A stretch of DNA of 64,000 bases from Chlorokybus atmophyticus. Lineage: Eukaryota; Plantae; Mesostigma and Chlorokybus algae. The stretch lies in the NCBI GenBank assembly GCA_009103225.1, contig RHPI01001715.1, positions 772,011 through 836,010 on the forward strand, in the 5' to 3' direction. The translations under genes were made by a program, and so were the position numbers. Shown here piece after piece: positions 48,780 through 60,341 of the stretch. The stretch's first letter is position 1. Every line of letters begins with the position of its first letter. Under the pieces are notes generated by a model, which was not told the origin of the DNA, searched no databases, and saw only the letters and a program-made list of their open reading frames with translations.

Positions 48780-49990
48780 CCCAGCGAGCAAGTTTCCCTG
48801 TCAGATGTTGGTTGGTCATCAACCACTTAAATGGCCGATAATTGATGATCAGCTGAAAATTGTCGACCAAAGAGGAAAGGTTTGAAGAAGGAGATAGCCC
48901 ATACTGCAGCGAGGCACCACCCCTCGTAGCTGCTGTGGTTGGCCTCAGCGCTGTTGTTGCTTCCGCTGGCGTACGACACCACCCGCTCCTTCTTGTTCTC
49001 ATCGTGCTGTACCAGCACAGCCCCCATCCCAAGCTTGCTCCAGTTGGTGTGGAGGATGAAGGGCTTGTTGTAGTCAGGATGTTGCAGGATGGGAGCGGTG
49101 GTGAGCCTGCCCTTTAGCTCCTCAAACGCCTGCTGTAGTGGCTTCTTCCACGCAAACTCCACCTCTTTCTTCAGAAGCTCGTTGAGGGGTCGCGCGATCT
49201 TTACAAAGTTCTTCACGAAACGGCGATAGTAGTTGGCAAGGCCCAGAAAGGCACGCAGACGCGTAAGGTCTGTGGGAGCAGGGATAGCCACCAAAGCCTC
49301 CACCTTTGCCTGCTGTACGTACACACTGTGGGGCACAATCATGTGCCCTAGGTAGGGTACCTTGCAAGTGAAGAAGGTGCACTTGTTGGGGTGCACTGTC
49401 ATTCCCACCCCCTTGGTCTTTCGAGCAATTTCTCGATGTGCTGCAGGTGTTCGTCGTTACTGCGACTGAAGATGAGCATGTCGTCAATGTAGCATCGCTG
49501 GAAGTCCAGCCTCTTCAAGGCTTTGTCCATGACGCGCTGGAACTTGGCAGGAGCGTTCTTCAGTCCAAAGGGCATGACCTTCCACTGGTACAGCTGTCGG
49601 TTGCCCCAGAAAGAGGTCTTATGCTTGTCCTCCTCCTTGATGGCGATTTGGTTGTACCCTTGTCGCATATCCAAGATGCTGAAGACGGTGTAGTCTCCTA
49701 CATCATCAATGATACCCTCTGCAGTAGGCATTGGATACCTGTCTTGTTTGGTCTTGTTGTTGAGGGGGCAATAGTCGACGCACATGCGCCGGTCTGTCCA
49801 GTTGTCTGCTGAATCCTGCTTCAGGGGCATGACGGTCGCGGCCGCAAAGTCCGATGTGGACTACTCAATGAGGCTTGCATCTAGCAGAGCCTTGCACCTC
49901 TGCTCCACCAAGTCTTTTTCAAACTTGGAGTCGGTACTGTCGTCGAAACACCGGTTCAATGTCCACCGACTCGATGACCATCTGGTAAAC
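48780..49990 (-). pseudogene. Reverse transcriptase and RNase H of the nested element
   Basis: RMCVDY..LN, LDMRQGYNQI, MPFGLKNAPAKFQR, YIDD, LRAFLGLANYYRRFV, FILHTNWSKLGMGAVL and YEGWCLA. Confidence 0.95.
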
Positions 49991-50269
49991 TGAGCAAATG
50001 CCCAGTTCCTTTACGCTGAAACTGAACTGCCTTCTCCACTTGTTGAGAAGAGCCTCCAGTTGTTCTCGCGTCTGGCCGGTAGCCAGTGGTCCAATGACTT
50101 GGGACCGAGAGGTGGCATTGGCGACTACTGGGATGTCCTCTACAGTGACTGATGCCTGCTCCTCCATACGGGCGATTTTAAGGGCGGTGTGTGCCGCTTT
50201 GGTCTTTTGCACGCGATCGGCCCACCCCCGCGCAAGGTGTTCGAGCTTCTGGAAGGACACATGGCAGTC

Positions 50270-51240
50270 TTGAAGAGCAAAGCACATTTTCAATAACCAT
50301 ACCATGCTGTTCTTATTCATGGCGCGTCCCAACAATTGGCATTGCTTACTGTCGGTCAGCGTGGAACCTGTGATACTGCCTACAGAGAAGCCCATGGCGC
50401 GTTCGCGCTCACGTGCATTGGGTTCCTCCGGCTGGCCTAGGTTGGAATCCAACACCATGCATGCACCATGGTTGCGGAAGGCGTATGATCCTGGGTAAGA
50501 CACCAGAGTGGGGAGCGCACGACGTGGTTGACCAGGCTGGTTGCACTGGTACAAGTGCTGGTGATCGTGTTGAGTGACCAGTTGTGCTTTGCACCCAGAG
50601 GATAGCGTCGATGGCCAGATCTCGTGGACGACTGCTGTGCAGATATTCAGCAGCAAAGAGATCTTCAACTGTTGCTAGGTTGGTCCACTTGGTGCGGACG
50701 CAATGAGCACGGGATCCATGCCGCGCTGCATTAATTCTGAGAGGATGTCCCAGTAAGGAACACACCTGTTGGAAGCTGTTGGCCATGTGATGGCGCTTAT
50801 CGTCCTCGGAGTGCACATTTTCGATGATGTATCCTGGAGGCCTAAACAGCTGGCTGCTGTGCAGGATTTTGATGACACGCATTGGTTCCCAGAACAGTCG
50901 TGAGTGAGGATTAGCGAGTCCTTGGCCGCTGCCTGCTCAGGAGTGTCCTCAACACTCCCATCCTGCTATCAGCAGGTCAATGTTGCCCACCGCTAGGAGG
51001 TGATCCGCAGTGATCAAATGGATGTTCTGTGGTAGTGCCTTCAGACTGCCTTGCCGTGCCAAAAGCGGCAGTCGCTGCGGGTAGCATTTGTGTCAGTGGC
51101 GCAGGTGGTGGCCCAGGGCAATCTGTGCGTGTGGATTAGGGTCACAGTAGAAGTACTTGATGACCGTCGCGCTGGTGTTGAGGACAGCGGCGAGGCCACT
51201 ACCTATTCCTCCAAACAGTTTTAACACGGTGATGCCTTGT
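50270..51240 (-). pseudogene. C5 cytosine DNA methyltransferase domain (DNMT3-like) within pol
   Basis: Motif I VLKLFGGIGSG (51227-51201). Motif IV IDLLIAGW-[1-nt frameshift]-C*GHS*AGSGQGLANPHSRLFWE (about 50980-50885). Motif VI YIIENV (50831-50813). Motif VIII INAARHGSRAH.VR..WTNL. Motif IX ERERAMGF. Motif X QLLGRAM (about 50335-50318). Confidence 0.9.
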
Positions 51241-51757
51241 TGGCGATGGAATACGTGAAACTCCACTACTTCAGTGGCCACCTGGTGTTGTTCCTGGACA
51301 GCAGCTTGGTCCTTGTAGAGAGGGAACCGAAGTGAGCCGTGGTCTGGTCAGTAGTAGATGTGCAACCACCTGTGCGCGCCAGCGGCGTTCCGCTGATTTG
51401 TGGTAAGCCACTTCTTCAGTGGCATTTTTTTGAGACTCGTCGTATGGGATAGGAGAGACTTGGTCCGGGTTGTGGGTGACCACCGCAAGTGATCTGTCAG
51501 TGGTTGTCGAACCCGACCTGTGGGTGGCTGTCGCTGCTGACCTGTTAGTGGTTGCCGACAACGACATAGGTGGCTGTTGCAGCTGACTACCGGTGGGAAC
51601 GAGTGCGAGCTACCAGTTCGAGAGGCAGATATCCTTGAACCTCTCCGTCCTCCTCATCCCAATGAGGACGAAACCATGCCTTCTTTGTCCACCAGTCCAG
51701 CCTTATGCCGACAGGGCAGTTGAATTCCTGTCTCAACAACAGGTCGAAAGATCCTGA

Positions 51758-52036
51758 TCAAATGACCACACACTTCTGTATGACCTCGATGCTGTGGGAC
51801 GGGTCCACTCCTGTCAAGCGCATGCAGAGGGCTTGCTTGGTTATGCCAATCACTTTGTTACGGATGCCGGTTGCGGTGTCGAGTACGTATGGGCACGGCA
51901 TCAGCTCAGCGCTGGTGATGTCAAGGTCGCGTGCGAGGTAACGTTCGATGATGACAGGCTGGGCTCCAGAGTCTAGCATTACACGCTTGGGTGCTCGTCC
52001 ATTGATCGTGACATACTTGGTTTGGCTGGCAATCAT
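51758..52036 (-). pseudogene. Retropepsin aspartic protease of the nested element
   Basis: RVMLDSGAQPVII (D-S/T-G-A motif). Confidence 0.88.
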
Positions 52037-54647
52037 GGCTGCATTGGCGTGGATGCGCAGCCGCTTGAATCGTCGCTAGCGTGTGCGTGGGGTGTTTGTT
52101 GCTGCGATCTCCTCCGATGGTGTCGAGCGCAGTGCGGCAAGCGCCCCTCGACCAGCTGGGTCTTGAGCACCTCCTTGACCGCGGCTTGGCCCAAACCATC
52201 ATTTTCTTGGCTGTTAATAAACACGATGTGGCCTGGGTGCTGGCGGTGCTGCCTGTGGCTGCCCTGGTTGTGGCGCAGAGGAATTGCGTCTCTGTGTGGC
52301 AGGGGTCATTCCTGGCGGCGTAGCCAGTGGCTGTTGGGGAAACCTGTTGAGAGTCATTCCTACATACGATCAGCATCGACCCTCCACACAGGAGTAGAAG
52401 GTCGTAAGGATGAGCACTAGGTCCGGACTTAGCAAGATGGCGTCGTCGGACCAGACTCCGGACTCCAGACTGGAGCCTTACTAACTGCTTCGTATCTCCG
52501 CGTATACTTACTCATATTAGGCGTGTAAGAGCTTGTTGAAAAGCTCTGGTTGTAAGGAAGACAACACAGCTTAAAGCGCGTCAAAAGGCTGAGTATAGCT
52601 TACGCAGTGCTTGCAAACGTAGACGTGTGTGTAACTGGCTGGTTTAAGAACCAGCGGACAACTTGTAATAGATGAATGTGATGTGACTTGTGTATGCTCT
52701 GGTGGCGGTAGCTCTGCCTTTGTGCATCCATGCTTGCCTCAGCTACATGTGCATGCTAGTGCTTCAACAAAACTTTGGAGGCCCGGGTGTTTGTGGGCTC
52801 GCCTCCCGTGCAGCCCGTTCTTCCACATAAGTCCAGCGTACTGCATGAGCTCCCTAACCAGTGTACCTTCCCATGCGGCTGTTGGGTTGTTGACCACGTC
52901 ACTCCAGCAGTGATTCTGAGGCATGGGCTGGAGATACACTGCGCGCAGGAGCCGCGCTCTTATGTCGTGGGTGATGGTGGGAACCCTTGGGATCCCTGCC
53001 ATGTAGGCATCCCATCTGCCATTGACCACTCCCACTTCCAACACCGTTGTTGCTCGCGCTCGCACACAGTGAGGTAAACCTCTGGTTGTCGGACATGCTG
53101 CTCATAAGCAGCTGCGATGCGTCTGCGTTGCCGCACTGCTTCCACCCCTGGCAACCTCAGCATGGCCTCTTGTGCTCCTTTTAAGGTGTCAGTGGCTGCC
53201 GAGGCAACCGCGTCATAGGCTTGCCGTAGCGAGGGCAGGAAGGCGTCCAACCAAAACAATCTGGTGCCGAATGCGAACAGGGGAATTGCAGGGTGATTGG
53301 TGACTAGCCAAGTCACCAGTCTTGCTCGAGCTGCATTACCACCTTCCCGCATCCCCAACATCCGTCTCAGGCCGATGCTTTCTTGTCGGTGCAGCATGGT
53401 TGCTTGTCGCAACAAGGCAGTGCGAAGTTGCTGTTCTCCAATTGAACCTGCTCCATCTCGTTGTGTCCACCCTTGCGGTGTGAGGTAGCCTGGATCCCGT
53501 TAATCTTCAGGCAAGTCTTCCAACAACTGGTTTGTTGGGCCAGCGCTTTCGTTTAGTCACTGTCGGGCCCACCGACAAGAGGTGTCGTACTGGATAATGG
53601 GCCAGCGATTGTGGGTTGAAAAACGCCAGCGCGAGCATCGGCAAGGGCTTGTGCTCTTGCGTCGATTGCTTCTGATTGGTCCTGTCGCCAGGTGAATGCC
53701 TGTTCAAGCGCGGTGTAGCGCTCATGAAGTTGAACGGTATTTAGGGGCCTCAGTGCTTCGCTGTCACCCATAGGCATGTCGGCTGTATCAGCGATGTGCT
53801 GCTGTACGTTGGGTTGCCGATCCCAACACGTGTTTAGTGGGCTGGGCTCAAAGGGTTCATGATGAACTGGTGCGGGTTGGCGTGGCGCCGTCTGCATGTC
53901 GTCATGCAGAGTTCAGAACACCTGTAGTGCCAGCTCCAGTACAACAGGTGTTCTGACTACGAAAACACGGTCTCGCATGGGAGGCGCCGTGCCGGCAAGG
54001 ATTTCATCCTCCAGCTGCCGCTGAGTCTGTACCGGCAGCGTGTGATATTCAGGCAGTAGGAAGACTCGATCATTGCGTTCAACGCGTGTTGTGCGCTCCC
54101 CTCCGCGCTCTGAAGCAATGGTAGTGGGATCTGCTCCACGCATGATGGTCTCCCAAGCACGCTCAGCTTGCTGACCTCGCGGGACAGCTTGAGTGACGTC
54201 GAGGGCGGGCAATGTAGCTGCGCTTGTCGCTGCGGTGGCAGCAGGCTTGACGATGGCACTGCCGGTGGTGGCAAGAGTGCCGCTCAATGGGGCGAGGGTG
54301 GTCTCAACGCTTGCTGACACAGGGTGGTCCTGCAGTTGGAGCGGGACTGGTGCGACCTACTGCTGCAGGGTCGGTGACAGCAGTGGCTATTGCCTGCGTG
54401 CTCACCAGTGTTGGCGCGATGTGCTCACTGGTACACCAACTTCTTGTGAAATTGGAGCAGTTGCTGCTAATGTTGACGGAGTCGACGTCGTAGCCGGTGT
54501 AACTTTTGCTGCGGGTGCAGCACTACTGGTGGCTTCAGAGGAGGTAGCTGTTGACGATGTTGCGGTTTCCCCTCAAACTCGTCGCAATGGTTGAATACGC
54601 GACGGAGTGCTGGTATCTCTCGTGCGCTTTGGAGCCATCAGTGCCCA

Positions 54648-55960
54648 CTAGGCAGAGTAACAGGCGCGGTAGTCCTGCTCTTTGTCTTCCTCTAAGCGTG
54701 CCATACGCGCCATAAGGGCAGCCATATGGTCATCAGCTGGCGGGTTGGCTGGAGCCTTGGCGGCAACAGCAGCAGCGCGCGGACGTCCTTCCAGTCCCTT
54801 ACGCTGAGGAGGGCGATTCTTCCCCCTATAGCCTTGCTCTTCGTTGCGAGCGTTGGCGTAGTTGTTGGTGTTGTTATGGCCTCCGGTGTGATTGCTGTTG
54901 TAGCCGCCAGAGTTGTTGCCATTGTGGCCTCCAGTGTTGTTGCTGTTGTAGCCACCAGAGTTGTTGCCGTTGTAGGTGACGAGTCTCAAACTAGGGAACT
55001 TGAGCCAGCAAACTAACTTCAAGTGGCCTGTCTTGTGACAGTAGTCGCAGACCAGAGTTGAGTACTCTTCGGTGCACTCCTTTTTGTAGTGCCCATGCCG
55101 TCCACAACGACGACACAGCACAGGGGCAGGCAAAGCAGCATGCGCTGACCGTTTCCCTTTGTCGCGTGCTGGTGGAGCGTCCCGGCCACGTTCGCAGTGA
55201 GGAGGCTCGACAGTTGTGCTGGCATCAGGCCGTAAGGCGCTGCGGTTGGTGTCCAGCACTGCCTTCCCATACACCAAGCGCTTATGGATGGCTTGTGCAG
55301 TGTCGAAAGCTTCTTTGAGCGTGTAGCCAAGGGGTCTGCTGTAGTTTCGGGTCATCGCGCGTCGACTCGCTCAAGGTGGCATCCAACTCACTGACATATA
55401 CCACTGCAGCAGCCTCGTCATTAACAATCTTGTAGTCAGTGTCCTTCAACAGACCTTCCAGTCTGGAGTACAGGCGTCGAGGGTCCTCATTGGGCTTGCA
55501 TCGGAATCGCCTTAACTTCTCCACTTTGCTAGTGGTCTGCGGTGGGAGGGTGCAACGAAGTGCAGCGTATAGATCCTTGAGTGGAGAGTCAGAGATGGCA
55601 GCACCTACAGTGATGGCTGGTGCGCGCACTGCAACTGACCCGAGGGTGAAAGCACTGCCTCCCGCACGAGAGCCAGGTGTTGCCATAGGTGAGGGTGTGC
55701 CCACCTCAACGGCTGCAGTTCGTTGTTCTTCAAGGATGGCAGCGGAACGGTTAAGGATCCCGGCCCGTCGTGCGGCCGTCTTGATCTCAACCTCTGCAAG
55801 GGTCAGGTTGACGATCACCAACTCACGTTCCTACTTCTCTGCTCTGTCAATGGCTGCCGTTATAAACAACTCGGTGACTGCAGCGGGAGTGGCAGGTGGA
55901 AAGACGGCTGCTGGACTGTGCCGTGACGCAGATGCTATGGTACTGGCGAGCTCGCCATAG
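54648..55960 (-). pseudogene. gag with two CCHC zinc knuckles and Gly/Asn-rich repeat
   Basis: EKLRRFRCKPNEDPRRLYSRL; CRRCGRHGHYKKEC and CDYCHKTGHLKLVC; (NSGGYNSN[N/H]TGGHN)x2; one frameshift near 55350. Confidence 0.85.
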
Positions 55961-57206
55961 CCATCAACTCGATGCAGTTCAGCAATTTTCAGACATTATG
56001 TGCTTTATGGTCCAGATACTCAGCAGCAATGTGAAAAGAGATCTCATCTGACGAGTCTTTATTCTTCAGAGCCTGCTGTCGCATCTTGGAGTAGAACTTG
56101 ATGATGTATTTGTCCAGCGAGGTAGTGCCAACACGTCCGGAGAAACGCAGGGACGTGGTTGAGCTGGAAGACTTCATCTCGTAGTCATAGTCGTTCTGTC
56201 GGGTGAGAGTGGGGAAGCTCGATGTCGTGGAGTGGACAGGAACATGATTGAAGTCGGAGACAGCACGTGAGCCTCTGCTGCTACAATCGTTGCTCCCGTC
56301 AATGGTCCGCTCGTAGTTGAGGTTGGAGGTTGGGCTCCAGCTACTGAGGTCACCCTCGTCTATTGGAGAGAACGGGTGGGCCTGCTCATACAGCTAGTCC
56401 AAAGGTGAAAGTGTATGCAGGGTAGAGTGTTTGTGCTCTACCGCCTGTCTCGATGCCGCTACCACTCACCACACTAGTGCTTGTGTGCGCACTATGTAAT
56501 GATAGTGATAACAAATGCACATGGATATGTCCCCAGATACAGACTGCACTATCTGATGCAGAATGCAACGCCTTCACTTGAGCAAAGAGGGTGACAATGT
56601 GAGTCCATAAGCCACTACTATAGGTAGTGCTGTTTACACAGTTCTTTGCATGAGCAGAAAGTGTGTTACCCTGTTAAGTGAGGTGGATGAGCAAGCAACA
56701 CGTGGATACTATGACCTTATTGATGCCAACAAACACACTGCAACCAGGCACACCAAGCTCACAGCAATGACAAGCACGATGCACACACGAGCATGCACAG
56801 GCTCTCATACAGTGAGGGGGTTCTTGGTAACCGGGATGGCGTGTTCGCAGTTCAAGTCGTTTCACAAGCTCTTAGCTTTCTCACTTACAGTGTCACCAGC
56901 TGATCCGGTGAACACTGTGACTACTTATACAAGATAAATTATCATTGCTCAGAACATAAGCTAGCGGTCATATCGAGGCTATTTCCACGGCAATTGTCAC
57001 TCGATATATAACACAACTTATAACTGAACTCACAACTGAACAGCTACGCGCGGTGCCTAAGTAGGCTATGGTCGTGAGCTACTCTGGGGTCATGACCTAG
57101 CTACTGGTCAGTGACGCACGCGCGCTGGTATGCGGGTAGGCCGGGCGATGGTTTTGATGTAGCCATGCTCGATGAAGGCTGGTATGCGTGGGCAATAGGC
57201 ATGACA

Positions 57207-59025
57207 TCCCGTTGCTTTTGAGTCACACAAGTTAGTGACGCCGAGCGCAACTACACCACTACCGAGCAAGAATTGCTTGGAGAAATAAACGGCTTGTGGA
57301 AATGGCGTTGTTACTTTGAGGGGGGGTGAAGTTCAAGGTTGTAAACGACCACAATCCCCTTATGTACCTTCCCCAACAACCCAACTTTTCTCAAAGGCAA
57401 GCACGATGGGCCGAGTTCCTATCGCACTTTGACTTTGAGTGGGAGTATAGGCCAGGGAGGATCTATGTCGCGGACCCTCTCAGTAGATGCCCGCCAACCT
57501 CTCAAGCTTTGTGAACCAAGCTATGATCGTTGCGGCAGCGACAAGGTCGCAAGCATAAGTAATATTGAGACTTGAACCGGTTAAAGAGAGCAAGAGAGAG
57601 CCAACCAGCTTGGAAGCTAGAGTGGCAGGTGCTTACCTCACCGATGGTTTCAGGACTTAGACAAGTTCGAACTAGTGCAAGTAGGCAACTATTGGTACAG
57701 GGTGAGGCGGTAGTGGTGCCGGATGAACCGGGCCTTCGAGTGGCATGCATGAGCGAGATGCATGACCCTCCCAGCCGAGGGCACTTTGGCATCAAAAAGA
57801 CCATCAAGCTTGCGCAAAGAAGCTATTGGTGGACTTCAATGACAAGTGGCATTGAGGCGTATGTGAAGACGTGTGACTTATGTCAATGCAAAAAGTCCAT
57901 CAATGCACGCAAGGGTGGCTTGCTTGTACCTCTACCCGTGCCCAATGACACGTGGGAGAGCATGAGCATGGAATTGGTAACGGTGCTACAAAAGACAAAG
58001 CATGGCAACACGGCCATTGTTGTTTTTGTGAATAAGTTAAGCAAGATGGCTCATTTTGCCGCATGTAAGACGGAGATCTATGCGGTTGAGTTTGCTAGGT
58101 TGTTCATAGCAAACGTGTTTAAGCTTCATGGACTCCCGAAGAAGTTGGTCTCGGATAGAGATCCGTGACTCACGGGAGCATTGTGAAACAGTGTGTGTGA
58201 GACATTAGAGATTAAGCAATTCATGTCCACTGCATACCATCCTCAAAGTGGACGGGCAAACGAAGAGGATGAATAGAAACTTGGAACAAGCCTTTTGACA
58301 CTGTGTGTTGGTAGGCCAAGACAATTGGGATGAGCTACCAGATGTAGTGGAGTTCGGCATGAACTCAGCCTATTAAAAATCGGTGAAGGAGAGTCCCTTC
58401 TGCTTGAAATATAGCAAACATCCTGATGTGCCTAGTGAGAAGATTTCCGGCAATAAGGCAAGGGCACCAGCTGTGGGAGAGCTTGCCGCACGCATATTAA
58501 ATGCGCTAAGCAAAGCTAAGGCCGCTATGAAGAGTGCTCAAGGCCGCCAAAAGCACTTTGCCGACAAGGATTGCCGGGAAGTACATTTTAGTGTTTAATG
58601 TTAAGCAACAAGTGTTGCTTAGCACGAAAAACATTACAATTAAGAGTCGGGGAAGTACGAAGCTTCTACCCAAGTGGAGTGGCCATTTCGAGGTGCTTGG
58701 TCCCGTTGGCGCCGTGGCGTATAAGCTTCGCCTCTCGGAGCACTTTAAGATACATGATGTGTTCCATGTATCGTTGCTAAGGGAGTACAAGAGTAATGGT
58801 AGAGTCCAACCCCCACCTCTACCCGAGTGGATGGATGGTGAGTGGGAGTATGAGGTAGAGGCGATATGGGCACGCCGTGGTAGATACCGTTCTCTTGAGT
58901 ACTTCGTACAATGGAAGGGCTATGGTGTAGAACACAACTTATGGGTCTTAGAAAAGGACTTGGCAAATTGCCAAGCGTTGATGCAAGAATTCCTTGCAAG
59001 TCACGGAGACTTAACCCAAACCTAG
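57207..59025 (+). pseudogene. Outer element RNase H remainder, integrase and chromodomain
   Basis: VAFESHKL..YTTTEQELL, DHNPL, HDPPSRGHFG..CDLCQ, LVSDRDP, GPY/F-like KLLPKWSGHF, HDVFHVSLL, and chromodomain EYEVEAIW..YFVQWKGYGVEHNLWV.EKDL. Confidence 0.93.
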
Positions 59026-59190
59026 CTACCCTTTGTGTAGCAATAAGGCCCTTCCAAATGTGCACAAGACATGTGCAAACCCAAGCCAAACCTACTAAGT
59101 AAGAGTGCACTCACGAGAGGCAATTATGGAGGTTGGCCACCTTCGTGTCTCGTTGTTTCTCAAACCTAATATGTGTCGCAGACTGTCACA

Positions 59191-59207
59191 AAGTAGGTGG
59201 GGAGAAG
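59191..59207 (+). other. Polypurine tract of the outer element
   Basis: AAGTAGGTGGGGAGAAG immediately precedes the LTR start TGTAAC at 59208. Confidence 0.85.
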
Positions 59208-60268
59208 TGTAACGTGGCTAGTACTTGTGCTCTCAGTGCTTGAACATGCGTGAGATATATAAGCAATATAAATATATATAAATACAAACATGTGTGTTTG
59301 CTGCTACAAGGTAGACATTGATGTGGACAAGTTAGCCATAAGTGTCTACACTGTAGATATGTACGTCATATATGTACATGTATATGAGACAAACATTGGT
59401 GTGGACTAGTTAGCCACTAATGTCTATAAGGTAGATGTACATGTCTACTAGGTAGACACTTACATATACAAAGGTACGTATGTTAATATCTTGGACATAA
59501 ATGTGGATACCTTCTATGCGATTGTTGACATCGCAGCTTTGATGTCGATATTATGAAGATCCGTAGCAATGTTGATATCGCATATAAGGATGCGGATATT
59601 GTAGCAGTAGATGTCTCTACATTGTTAAGGACAATGAGGTTAAACCACGTGTATTTGTCTTGAAAGCACCAGGTGATGCATATGTTGACATTGTAGACTA
59701 CCATATTGATATCGAGAATACTAGTATTTACAACATGTGGCCAAGTGAATGTGTTGCCAATCGAGGCAAAGCCATGAAGATCTGGTGCGACCTCATTGGT
59801 TGCTCATACCTTTGGGTGAGATACTCTTTAAGATGATTGGTTTAAAGCCTAGTAAAGACACGTGCAAGAGTGCTTGTTGCAAGATGGTTGGCCGCCTTTC
59901 ATTACACTAGGGTCCGAACGAGGCTATGGTAGAGACACCCAATACCCTTGAGTGACTTGATAAGGCACTAGGGGTATATAAGTGAGCATGCTCAGTATGC
60001 AAGACATTGGAGACTTGGGTCTACCTTGCCTTTGCTTGCTCGCTCGTGTGGGACTTCAAGTGGGATGCTCGGGTGAGAGGCCGTTCAAGGGGGTGCCAAA
60101 GCTCTTCAACCTCAAGGTGTGGACGCTTGTCCTTATGTAGCACTTGTGAGTGTGTACACTTGGAGGACGTGCTTACACTTGTTTGTGTAATTGTATGCAC
60201 GGTGCTAACACTTGTGTGTGAGTGCGCATTAAGTAGAGTGAATGACGCTTCATAGGTGAGAGCTAAGT
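59208..60268 (+). repeat. 3' LTR of the outer element (about 1.06 kb; last ~24 nt missing)
   Basis: Reverse-complement homolog of about 62845-63894. Confidence 0.9.
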
Positions 60269-60341
60269 TCCAACGCCTTACAGTAGAGGTTTGCGCATGT
60301 GCGTGGACTATAGGGCTCTAAACAACAACACCGTGAGAAAC

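Larger units (their letters stand above)
46696..57206 (-). mobile_element. Nested Ty3/Gypsy retrotransposon: gag(2xCCHC)-unknown ORF-protease-C5 DNA methyltransferase-RT-RNase H-integrase-PHD; degenerate
   Basis: Begins TG and ends CA, flanked by TCCC (ATCCC) at 46692-46695 and 57207-57210. It splits host RNase H LLQDGHP|VAFESHKL. Internal domains are recognised by motif (see sub-features). Confidence 0.9.

Noticed and set aside
56197-56260. TGTCGGGT.. as the start of a second LTR matching 46696
   Set aside because: Only about 8 nt plus scattered matches, with no adjacent PBS; not enough to call homology by eye.
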